From: an uncultured Ruminococcus sp.
GTDB taxonomy: Bacteria; Bacillota; Clostridia; Oscillospirales; Ruminococcaceae
NCBI GenBank assembly: GCA_949283725.1
Contig: CASDUD010000162.1
Location: forward strand, 1 to 52,436
Length of the DNA stretch: 52,436 bases
Direction of reading: 5' to 3'
Shown in pieces: positions 40,078 to 49,010 of the stretch. Numbering within the stretch: position 1 is the first letter of the stretch; every line of letters begins with the position of its first letter. Made by a program: the position numbers and the translations under genes. The notes under the pieces are model-generated. The model ran no database searches and was not told the DNA's origin. It was given only the letters and a program-made list of their open reading frames with translations.

Positions 40078-41416
40078 GACGCATCTCCGCATTCGAGAAC
40101 CGGGTGAACTGGCCATCCCATGTCAGGTTCACGGTGCCCGTTTCGCCGTGGCGGTTCTTTGCCACAATGCACTCTGACACATTAGGCGTGGGACTGTCCT
40201 TATTATAGTACGCATCTCGATACAGAAACATGACAATATCCGCATCCTGCTCAATCGACCCGGATTCACGCAGGTCGGACAGCATGGGACGTTTATCCGT
40301 TCGGGACTCCGGCCCACGGGACAGCTGTGACAGCACGATGACTGGCACATCCAATTCCTTTGCCATCACCTTCAACTGACGGGTGATTTCGGAGATGATC
40401 AGCACCCGGTTGTCGGTACGCAGCGTTGTGCCCATCAACTGGAGATAATCGATGACCACCAGTCCCAGTTTCTTGAGCCGACGCAGCTTCGCCTTAATCT
40501 GCTGCACGGTAATGCTGGCAGTATCATCGATATACATCGGCATATTGCTGAGCAGCCCGGCACTGGAGGCGAGACGTACCCAGTCCTCACTGTCGATGCG
40601 TCCGTTACGCAGCTTATTGGAGTCTACCAGTGCCTCGGTGGAGAGCATACGGGTGGCAAGCTGTTCCTTTGACATTTCGAGGGAAAAAATTGCCACTTCC
40701 CGATCCTTTTTCCGTGCCACATGGGTTGCAATGTTCATGGCAAACGAAGTCTTTCCCATACCCGGTCGGGCGGCGATCAGGATGAGATCCGATTTATTCA
40801 ACCCCGATGTCACATTGTCGAGATAGGTAAAGCCCGTCTTAGCCCCGAGGTACTTCTCCTTATCCGGCCCGGAAATCTTGCCGATCCGGTCATATGCCTC
40901 ACAGATGGCATCGCCGATTTTCACAAGTCCCTGGATGTCTCTGCCCTGGCGGATATCAAAGATCTTCTGCTCGGCGGCATCCAGCAGCAACTGGGCATCC
41001 TGTTCCCCAGACTGGATCTGCTGTAAAATATCCCGTGCCACCGAAGCCAGACAGCGGGCGTAATATTTTTCCAATAGAATGGCGCAATAGCTTTCTATAT
41101 TTTCGGTAGACGGTACCATATTGACGAGTGCCGCCAGATAATTGCGCCCCTCTGCTGAAGTCTCAAACACCCCTTGTGCGACCGCTTCATTCAGCACGGT
41201 GATGACATCAATCTTTTCACCGACCGAACCCATCCGCATCATAATGCGGAATAGCACCTGATGCTGCTCCCGATAAAAGCTTTCGGGTTTCAGCTGCTCC
41301 ATCGCCACCGCCGCCGCCATTTCATCAATCAATATCGCCCCGAGTACGGTCTGTTCTACTTCCAAACTATAGGGCACTTCCAGTGATGCACCGGATGTTG
41401 TCTGATATTCTGCCAC
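40067..41416 (-). CDS. dnaB: Replicative DNA helicase
   Basis: AARPGMGKT, IFSLEM, VIDYLQL, LSQLSR, SDLRESGSIEQDAD, KNRHG. GTG start behind GGGAGGT. Confidence 0.97.
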   Translation of the reverse strand: MAEYQTTSGASLEVPYSLEVEQTVLGAILIDEMAAAVAMEQLKPESFYREQHQVLFRIMMRMGSVGEKIDVITVLNEAVAQGVFETSAEGRNYLAALVNMVPSTENIESYCAILLEKYYARCLASVARDILQQIQSGEQDAQLLLDAAEQKIFDIRQGRDIQGLVKIGDAICEAYDRIGKISGPDKEKYLGAKTGFTYLDNVTSGLNKSDLILIAARPGMGKTSFAMNIATHVARKKDREVAIFSLEMSKEQLATRMLSTEALVDSNKLRNGRIDSEDWVRLASSAGLLSNMPMYIDDTASITVQQIKAKLRRLKKLGLVVIDYLQLMGTTLRTDNRVLIISEITRQLKVMAKELDVPVIVLSQLSRGPESRTDKRPMLSDLRESGSIEQDADIVMFLYRDAYYNKDSPTPNVSECIVAKNRHGETGTVNLTWDGQFTRFSNAEMRHEG

Positions 41417-41497
41417 ACGATGACCTCCCTTTTCCACGGATATCCTATTGCTATACGCCGACAGAAAATGCGGGACGTGATCACAGCCCGCATACTC

Positions 41498-41538
41498 CGT
41501 TCTTCGATACGTGCGAAGAGATGCGAAACAGGCGCTTA
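41498..41538. repeat. Degenerate family B copy between rplI and dnaB
   Basis: ...CGTGCGAAGAGATGCGAAACAGGCGC-TTA. Confidence 0.7.
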
Positions 41539-41555
41539 TCGCACGTGTATCGCAA

Positions 41556-42002
41556 TCATCCTTCTACGACCTCAACCGTCACCTTGGCGGTGATGCCTGC
41601 ATACAGGCGGATCTCCGCCTCATAGGTGCCAAAGTTTTTGATATCGGTCTTAAGCGAAATTTTTTTCTTATCCACCTGACAGCCATACTGCGCCGCAATG
41701 CAATCGGCGATCTGCGCCGCCGTCACGGCGCCAAACAGCCGCCCGCCGCTGCCGGCCTTGCCCACTGCCTTCACCGTCTTGCCCGCCAGCTTTTCGGCAA
41801 TCGCCTGGGCGTTGCGCTTTTCCACATCGATTTTATGCGCCGCAGATGCCTGTTTGCCCGCCAGTTCAGAAAGTGCCTTGGGCGTTGCTTCTACTGCCAG
41901 CCCTTTTTTCAGCAGCATATTGCGGGCATAGCCGTCTGCTACATTCTTCACTTCGCCCTTTTTCCCAGAGCCTTTTACATCCTGCAAAAAAATTACCTTC
42001 AT
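41556..42002 (-). CDS. rplI: 50S ribosomal protein L9
   Basis: [36 protein letters not shown]. Confidence 0.97.
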   Translation of the reverse strand: MKVIFLQDVKGSGKKGEVKNVADGYARNMLLKKGLAVEATPKALSELAGKQASAAHKIDVEKRNAQAIAEKLAGKTVKAVGKAGSGGRLFGAVTAAQIADCIAAQYGCQVDKKKISLKTDIKNFGTYEAEIRLYAGITAKVTVEVVEG

Positions 42003-42022
42003 CGTTTGCGCTTCCTTTCTTC

Positions 42023-43993
42023 TCAGCGTTGCGCCGCCTGTGCCTCCAGAATCAGCAGTAAGCGTTCCTTTGCCTCCTGTACGGTACAGCCCTGTAACTG
42101 TGCCGCCGCCATGGTCTGATGGCCACCGCCGCCGAGCTGTTCCATAATCACCTGTACGTTCACATTGCCCATGGAGCGTGCAGAGATCCCCACGCCGTTC
42201 TCCTCCATATAGATCACAAAGGAGGCCTCGACGCCCTGGATGCTCAGCAACTCATCGGCGGCCTGGGACGCCAGCACCCGCACATCGGGGGACTGGAGCT
42301 TCACCGCCGAAATGGCATTGTTTTGGTACAGTTCGGCATGAGCCACGATCTGTGCCCGCATGGCGTACATAGAGAGCGTGTTGGAAAACAGCGTCTTGAC
42401 CTGAATGGTATCCGCGCCAATCTTGCGCAGATAGGCAGCCGCCTCAAACGTTCGCACGCCGGTTCGCATTACAAAATTTTTCGTATCCAGCATAATCCCC
42501 GACAACAGTGCATCGGCATATGCCGCCGAAATCTCCGTATCCAACCGAAAATACTGGATAATCTCTGTCACCATCTCCGATGCGGAGGAGGCATAGGGTT
42601 CATGATGGAATATCACAGCATTTTCGATAAAATTCACATTTTTCCGATGATGGTCGATCACCACCACATACCGTGCCGCCCGGTACAATTCCTGGCTCTC
42701 CAAAATATCCTTATTATGGGTGTCCAGCACCACCAATAAGCTGTCATCCGTAAGCTGTGAGACGGCTTCCTCCGGGTGCATAAACTGGGGGGCATCGGCA
42801 CACTGCTGCATCCGGTGAATCAACTGGAGTGCCAAACAGCTCTGCTGATTCACCACAACATACGCCGGACGATGCATCAGCTGTACCGCACCCGCCAGAC
42901 CACACGCGGAACCGATGGAATCCAGATCGCCGAATCGGTGTCCCATCAGGAACACCTGGTCGGAATTTTCGATCAATTCTTGCAGCGCCAGTGCAATCGA
43001 ACGAATCTTCGTCTTAGACTTTTTCTCCACGCCCTTAGACGCACCGCCAAAGAAACAGAAACCGTTCTCCGTTTTCACCGCCGCCTGGTCGCCGCCCCGG
43101 CCGAGTGCCATATCGAGCGACTGTCTGGCAAACTTCTCGCTCTCCGCCAGAGAAGATGCCCCATCGCCCACCCCGATGGAAAAGGTGATATGCATCCGAT
43201 CGTTCACCCGAATCTGGCGGATCTCATCGAGTACAGAAAACCGCTGTTCCATAATCGCATGGAGGTGGCGAGATTCCATCACCGCATAGAACAAATCATC
43301 GCCCACCTTGCGAATGATGCCATCGGTGCCCGCCATAAAGTGTTCCAGCACCCGTTCGACCTCCGCCGAGACCTGCGCCTTTTCATATTCCCGCGCATAT
43401 TGCAACAGATCGTCATAGCTGTCGATGACCATCAGCAACACACAGGGTCGAGAGTTGGTGTTTTCACTCTGTAAGCGCAAAAGGTCTGTGATCTCCAAAA
43501 ATTGAATGGCGGTCACCGGGGGATCCAACGGCTGGGACTGCGAAATCAGTTGCACCCGATAACTCTGTCCCGCGTGCTCCATCAACAGTTCCCGCTGCTG
43601 GCGGAGTGTCCCCAGATCGAGATGTATCACATCCTGTACAGACCGTCCCACGATCGTGCGGCGGTCGGCAAAACGGCTGTGAAACAGGGTATTGCACCAT
43701 AAAATTTTTCCCGTCTCCGTTGTCAAAAGAACTGGCACTGACATACCTTCCAGCGCCAGCATGCCGGCGTGTTCCACCAAATTTCCATCGGCGGGCCGTC
43801 TGCCCGGCAGCCTACTGCGCAGGCAAAAAAAACAGAGGACACACAGCACTACGCTCAAAATCCATAGAAAGCCCAGCCAGATCACCAGGGTCAGTGTCCC
43901 TGCCGGACGCAGCAACGCATAAAACGAGCCGAGCGTTAGACTCAGAAACCACAAAATCCATAGGACGACCCACACCCCATTCTTACGTTTCAT
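42023..43993 (-). CDS. gdpP: c-di-AMP phosphodiesterase GdpP-like (TM-PAS-degenerate GGDEF-DHH/DHHA1)
   Basis: [32 protein letters not shown]. gdpP-rplI-dnaB synteny. Confidence 0.9.
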   Translation of the reverse strand: MKRKNGVWVVLWILWFLSLTLGSFYALLRPAGTLTLVIWLGFLWILSVVLCVLCFFCLRSRLPGRRPADGNLVEHAGMLALEGMSVPVLLTTETGKILWCNTLFHSRFADRRTIVGRSVQDVIHLDLGTLRQQRELLMEHAGQSYRVQLISQSQPLDPPVTAIQFLEITDLLRLQSENTNSRPCVLLMVIDSYDDLLQYAREYEKAQVSAEVERVLEHFMAGTDGIIRKVGDDLFYAVMESRHLHAIMEQRFSVLDEIRQIRVNDRMHITFSIGVGDGASSLAESEKFARQSLDMALGRGGDQAAVKTENGFCFFGGASKGVEKKSKTKIRSIALALQELIENSDQVFLMGHRFGDLDSIGSACGLAGAVQLMHRPAYVVVNQQSCLALQLIHRMQQCADAPQFMHPEEAVSQLTDDSLLVVLDTHNKDILESQELYRAARYVVVIDHHRKNVNFIENAVIFHHEPYASSASEMVTEIIQYFRLDTEISAAYADALLSGIMLDTKNFVMRTGVRTFEAAAYLRKIGADTIQVKTLFSNTLSMYAMRAQIVAHAELYQNNAISAVKLQSPDVRVLASQAADELLSIQGVEASFVIYMEENGVGISARSMGNVNVQVIMEQLGGGGHQTMAAAQLQGCTVQEAKERLLLILEAQAAQR

Positions 43994-44042
43994 ACGGCAT
44001 TCTCCTTTGGCAGACACGGCACACCGGCTGTCTGTACATATT

Positions 44043-45896
44043 TTATACTTCCATAATAATCGGCAAAATCATGGGGCTGCGCTTCGTCTTTTCATAGATA
44101 TGATCCGACAGCACATCCCGCAGCTTCGTCTTGAGTGCGCCCCACTCCTTCAAATCGTGCGAGGAACAATTTTCCAGCACTCGATTCAATACCTGCCGTG
44201 CATCGTCCATCAGCGCCTCTGACTCCCGCACATACACAAAGCCTCGGGAAATGATATCTGGGCCTGCGACCACGGAATTGGTTGCCCGTTCGATCCCGAT
44301 CACCACAATGATCAAGCCATCCTGTGCCAGATGTTTCCGATCTCGCAGGACGATCGAGCCAACATCGCCCACACCCAGACCATCTACCATCACCTTACCC
44401 GATGGTACCTGTGATACAATGCGCATCGAAACGCCATCCGTCTCGATCACATCGCCAATCTTCGCAATCACAATATGGTCATCCGCCATACCCATCGACC
44501 GGGCAATTTCGGCGTGCTTCACGAGATGCTTATACTCGCCGTGTACCGGAATGAAAAACTTCGGCTTGGTGAGTGCCTGAATCAGCTTCAGTTCCTCCTG
44601 ACAAGCGTGGCCAGAGACGTGCACCTCATACATCGACTCATAGATCACCTCTGCCCCAGACTTCATCAGCTCGTTCACAACACGTGTCACATGCTTCTCA
44701 TTGCCCGGGATGGGCTTTGCCGAAATAATGATGAAATCGTTTGGCGTGATCGTCACCTTACGGTGGCTGTTCATCGCCATTCTCGTCAGCGCAGAAAGCG
44801 GCTCGCCCTGACTGCCCGTGGTCACCAGTACAATTTTTCCATCGGGATAGCGGCTCATTTCATCGATGTCGATCAGCATCCCCTTCGGCACCGTAAGATA
44901 GCCCAGTTCCGTGGCCTTTTCCACCACGTGTACCATACTTCTGCCGAATACCGCCACTTTTCTGCCATAATTCTTTGCTTGATCGATGATCTGCTGTACA
45001 CGATGAACATTCGAAGAAAAGGTGGCGATGATAATGCGCTTGTTCTCTGCCCGCTTGAACAGCTTTTCAAACGAGCCGCCCACCGTCCGTTCCGAACAAG
45101 TAAAGCCTGTCCGTTCAGCGTTGGTGGAGTCTGCCATCAGAGCGAGTACCCCTCGGCTCCCCAGTTCGCCAAATCGTGCCAAATCAATGATTTCATCATC
45201 AATCGGGGAAAAGTCCACCTTAAAGTCACCAGTGTGTACAATAATCCCCGCCGGGGTGTGAATCGCCATGCCCACAGCCCCCGGAATCGAGTGGTTCACC
45301 TTAATGAATTCGACTGCCATGCAGCCCATCTTCACCGTCTTGCGTGGCTCGATCTCTACCAGCTCTGCCTGTTTCAGGAGCCCGTGTTCTTCGAGCTTGC
45401 CCTCGATCAGTCCCAGCGTCATTCGCGTGCCATAGATCGGCACATTGATTTTTTTCAACAGATACGCCAGCCCGCCGATGTGATCCTCGTGACCGTGTGT
45501 TACAACGATCCCCCGAATCTTGTCCTTATTGCCTTCTACATAGGTAAAATCGGGAATGACAATATCCACCCCCGGCATATCGCCATCCGGAAATGCCAGT
45601 CCACAGTCCAGAATGAACATATCATTACTGCACTCGATAACGGTCATATTTTTCCCGATTTCGTTGAGTCCGCCCAGCGGAATGATACGTACCGGAGGCT
45701 TTCTCGACTCCCGCTTTGGGGTGCGTGTCGAGGGGACAGGATTGATACCACGTGTACCGTTGCTGCGGCGGCGATTGTTTCCGTTTCCACTCCGTTCCGT
45801 GTACGACATTCTTGTCCGTGCGCCATAACTGCGCTTTTTCGTCTGAGAACCGCCACGCGGCCCTCTCATCTGTGTTTGTTCTTTTTCTGTAGCCAA
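44043..45896 (-). CDS. rnj: Ribonuclease J with basic N-terminal extension
   Basis: IPLGGLNEIGKNM, THGHEDHIG, HTGDFK, GSQGEP, HVSGHA, PVHGEY. Likely TTG start behind GAGAGGA; exact start uncertain. Confidence 0.95.
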   Translation of the reverse strand: MATEKEQTQMRGPRGGSQTKKRSYGARTRMSYTERSGNGNNRRRSNGTRGINPVPSTRTPKRESRKPPVRIIPLGGLNEIGKNMTVIECSNDMFILDCGLAFPDGDMPGVDIVIPDFTYVEGNKDKIRGIVVTHGHEDHIGGLAYLLKKINVPIYGTRMTLGLIEGKLEEHGLLKQAELVEIEPRKTVKMGCMAVEFIKVNHSIPGAVGMAIHTPAGIIVHTGDFKVDFSPIDDEIIDLARFGELGSRGVLALMADSTNAERTGFTCSERTVGGSFEKLFKRAENKRIIIATFSSNVHRVQQIIDQAKNYGRKVAVFGRSMVHVVEKATELGYLTVPKGMLIDIDEMSRYPDGKIVLVTTGSQGEPLSALTRMAMNSHRKVTITPNDFIIISAKPIPGNEKHVTRVVNELMKSGAEVIYESMYEVHVSGHACQEELKLIQALTKPKFFIPVHGEYKHLVKHAEIARSMGMADDHIVIAKIGDVIETDGVSMRIVSQVPSGKVMVDGLGVGDVGSIVLRDRKHLAQDGLIIVVIGIERATNSVVAGPDIISRGFVYVRESEALMDDARQVLNRVLENCSSHDLKEWGALKTKLRDVLSDHIYEKTKRSPMILPIIMEV

Positions 45897-46781
45897 ATGA
45901 ATATCCTCTCTTTCTTCATGAGCCAATGCCCAGAGAAAGCCGGGAACGACATAACAAATACGCTGTCACAGCCTGCACCGCCCATACACAGTGAACGGCA
46001 TTTTTCCGCTGGACAGCTGTCATTGAAATCAGGCGGTACCATACAAAGACGGCCAGATCGTTTCGTACGCCAAGCAGACGCAGTACACCGTGTACTTTTG
46101 CTGCACGTTTCCATCCCATGTTCCCCCAACAGTACGCTTTGCTTTTGGGTTTCTCTGGCGAAAAATGCAACCATACATCGCACACAAGGTTTCTCAAAGG
46201 ATTCCCTTGCGGTGCCGCGATCCATCTCTGTATTGCTAAGCACTTATCCGCATCTTTATCGTTTCGTGCATCAAGATGCTAGACACGCACGCCATCATAT
46301 ATGCGTCTGTAATTTCTTTCCAACGCCTTTACTTTGTTCTTCGGCATTATGTCTCCACGGTTCCTTCTCTTTGCATCGCCGAATGATGGTAGCAGCGCCG
46401 CACGATCTCCGCACAGTGCTGCCGATACTATTTATATAAATTATATAAAGTTATATAGGGTCATACAAAACCTTCGGATGGAACGCCCCATCGTCTTGCT
46501 CTGCAAAGCCCTTTTTGCACCGGACTGCTGCAAACCACTGCGTCTGCCCGTATGTATCCACATTTTATCTCGGACATACCTGCCCATCTGGGGGCATCTG
46601 CCCGCATAGAGGCCGCCTGTTCTACTTCGTCCCGTCCAATCAGCGGCTTTTTTCTGCTCCATAGAGACTTTGGCGGTATGCCCCATGGGAATCGCCCAAG
46701 TCCTGCAAGGGACAGTGGCTCGTCAAAAACATCTTTGCTCGATCCCACTGTCCTATGCCACGCACAACAATACATAATTTT

Positions 46782-46810
46782 ATTATACGATTTCTCCGAG
46801 ACAATGTCAA
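46782..46810 (-). promoter_or_regulatory. Consensus sigmaA promoter ~880 nt upstream of rnj
   Basis: TTGACA-17 nt-TATAAT, overlapping the symporter stop codon. Confidence 0.8.
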
Positions 46811-48219
46811 TGGCATTCTTGATTTTTTTTCTTTTTGGACAATTCTGTCCCACCCTTTTTCCGTAATTTCGACATAATTGCCAGGGAATCGTCTGCCTTC
46901 GGCAAATGCGTTGGGGCGGTAGCTTTTCGCCCCAACACCAACAATCCCAGCAAATTGGGCACTGCCATACAGCCATTGGCGATATCGGAGAGCGCCCAGA
47001 CGGGCGAAAGCGAGAGCATACATCCCAGCCCTGCGGCAATGCCATACAGCACACGATACCCCTGCACAGCGCGCTTGCCGCCCAGATAGTACACCGCCTG
47101 CTCCCCACAGACGCTCCACCCCACTAGAGAACAAAAGGCAAACATCGAAAGCAGCACCGCCATCACGCCGGGAGAAAAAGCACCAAACGCACTAGAAAAC
47201 GTCTCGGACACGATTTTTCCGGGCGGCTGTGCCAGTGAAACGCCGCTTGTCAGCACCGCCAACGCCGTCAATGTACAGCACACCAGCGTATCCAGTGCAA
47301 CTTCTACCATGCTCCAAAGTCCCTGTGTTATGCCGTCTTGGGAGTCGCCGCCGGCGTGTACCAAGGCACTGCTGCCAAGCCCCGCCTCGTTGGAAAAAAT
47401 GCCGTGGCGCAACCCCGTGCGTATCGCCGCCCGAAGCACAGCACCCGTTACACCGCCGCCAACGGCTTCGACGCCCCACGCCTGGCAGAAAATTTGGCGG
47501 CACACCGCCGGCAGCTGTGCCCCGTGCCGAACAATCACCCAGATGGCGCCAAGCAGATAAACACCCGACAAAATCGGCATCACCCACTGTACAACGCGCC
47601 CCACGCGGCGCATTCCCCCCCATAGCAGATAGCCCAGCACCAGCCATACCAACAGTGCCGTCCCCCAATGCGGCAAGGCAAATGCCTGATATGTCAATTC
47701 GGACACAGCACTCGACTGTGCCATATTGCCCATGCCAAACGAAGCTGCCACGCAAAGCCCTGCATAGACTGCCGCCAGCAGTGGACTGTTTAGACCAAAC
47801 CGCAGGTAGGCCATCGGCCCCCGCACTTCCTTGCCGCTGGGCAGCGTGCGGGCATATGCCATACCCAATACATTTTCTGTATACGTCAGCATCATCCCCA
47901 GCAGGGCAGAGATCCACATCCAAAACACCGCCCCAGCCCCGCCAATGGCCAATGCCGCCGCCACACCGATGATATTCCCTGTCCCCATCGCCGCCGCTAG
48001 TGCGGTAGAAAAGGTCTGAAACTGGCTCAGCCGTGTCGTTGTCTGCGTCGATGCATCTGCCGTTCTGTGCCGAAGCAGCTGGCCGAATGTCCGGCGAAGA
48101 ATCATCCGCCAATGCGTCAGCTGGAAAAATCGCTGATGCACGCTCAGATACAACCCTGTTCCAAGCAAAAGCACCATAAGCCCCGGCCCCCATACAAACG
48201 ATGCGCATCGTTCCAGCAT
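46807..48219 (-). CDS. Alanine/glycine:cation symporter (AGCS family)
   Basis: GTGNIIGVAAALAIGGAGAVFWMW, GIFSNEAGLGS, DTLVCCTLTA. AGGAGG RBS before ATG 48219. Confidence 0.92.
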   Translation of the reverse strand: MLERCASFVWGPGLMVLLLGTGLYLSVHQRFFQLTHWRMILRRTFGQLLRHRTADASTQTTTRLSQFQTFSTALAAAMGTGNIIGVAAALAIGGAGAVFWMWISALLGMMLTYTENVLGMAYARTLPSGKEVRGPMAYLRFGLNSPLLAAVYAGLCVAASFGMGNMAQSSAVSELTYQAFALPHWGTALLVWLVLGYLLWGGMRRVGRVVQWVMPILSGVYLLGAIWVIVRHGAQLPAVCRQIFCQAWGVEAVGGGVTGAVLRAAIRTGLRHGIFSNEAGLGSSALVHAGGDSQDGITQGLWSMVEVALDTLVCCTLTALAVLTSGVSLAQPPGKIVSETFSSAFGAFSPGVMAVLLSMFAFCSLVGWSVCGEQAVYYLGGKRAVQGYRVLYGIAAGLGCMLSLSPVWALSDIANGCMAVPNLLGLLVLGRKATAPTHLPKADDSLAIMSKLRKKGGTELSKKKKNQECH

Positions 48220-48261
48220 GATATACCTCCTTCTTCCAGACAAGGATCCCCACACTTTTCC

Positions 48262-48290
48262 TTGACGAATTCTTCCGCAAGGGGTATAAT
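48262..48290 (+). promoter_or_regulatory. SigmaA promoter of the PH-domain gene pair
   Basis: TTGACG-17 nt-TATAAT. Confidence 0.7.
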
Positions 48291-48533
48291 AAAATAAAAG
48301 AGACAGCGCACAAAGATGGTACGACAGATACGCCGACCAATTTTTCATCAGATGAGACAAAAAACGGCGTCCATACTTTGTGTATTCACGAGTATTTTTG
48401 TAATATATGACGAAAAACAGACAAACAGATGGCGTGCAAAACCGTCAGGTGGTCTTTGTGCGGTGTTGCCTACATACATACGATTCTATTGTATGGCACA
48501 TCCCCCGAACCATATGCATTCCAGGAGGTGTTT

Positions 48534-49010
48534 ATGAAACAATATTTCGCAGACCCACACGCCCAGTATACACTGCAAATTGCCACGCCCCTTACCGCAC
48601 TGGCACTCATCCTGCTCATCTGGTATTTTCTTATCTTTCTGCCCCGCTGGCTGCTTTGGTGCATCACACTGCTGCTAGCTGCCGCCGCTATTGCGCTTTC
48701 CACACTACTGATTCCCATGTGGTTCTGCACCATCTCCTATACGATCTCTGACACGCACATCACCAAGAAATGCGGTATTCTATTTGTCCGAGAACAGACT
48801 ATGCGCACGCAGTCTGTGCAGTTCAGCAGCGTTTTTCGCACGCCCTTTTCTGGAAAGACCGGCATGAACTACATCCCACTCCATGCCTATGGCGGCACAA
48901 TCTACCTCTCCTTTCTCAGCCAACAGGATGCCGAAGAGATTCGACATTTCCTGCAAGAAACCGTCTATCGGCGCAGCCCGTCTCCCCCGCCGAAAAAGGA
49001 GGCACCATGA
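48534..49010 (+). CDS. YdbS-like membrane protein with bacterial PH domain
   Basis: Two TM helices followed by YTISDTHITKKCGILFVREQ. AGGAGG RBS. ATGA overlap with the next gene. Confidence 0.7.
   Translation: MKQYFADPHAQYTLQIATPLTALALILLIWYFLIFLPRWLLWCITLLLAAAAIALSTLLIPMWFCTISYTISDTHITKKCGILFVREQTMRTQSVQFSSVFRTPFSGKTGMNYIPLHAYGGTIYLSFLSQQDAEEIRHFLQETVYRRSPSPPPKKEAP

Noticed and set aside
25129-46439. Long antisense ORFs (25129-26403, 29554-30528, 32954-33871, 35828-37405, 44475-46439)
   Set aside because: They mirror typA, the ABC ATPase/GntR, both ftsH genes and rnj, and have no motifs or RBS. Typical shadows in GC-rich coding DNA.
16902-48360. N-terminal extensions in the ORF track for glmS, typA, the ABC permease, GntR, tilS and the symporter
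   Set aside because: RBS position and conserved N-termini (e.g. MCG for GlmS) support the shorter starts used.
1762-48470. Repeats as a CRISPR array
   Set aside because: Copies are dispersed, degenerate and in both orientations, with no regular spacers and no cas genes.
48220-48530. Glycine riboswitch upstream of the Ala/Gly symporter (also checked upstream of serC)
   Set aside because: No GGAGA...CGAAG...CTCAGG aptamer arrangement; the hairpins present are family-A repeats.
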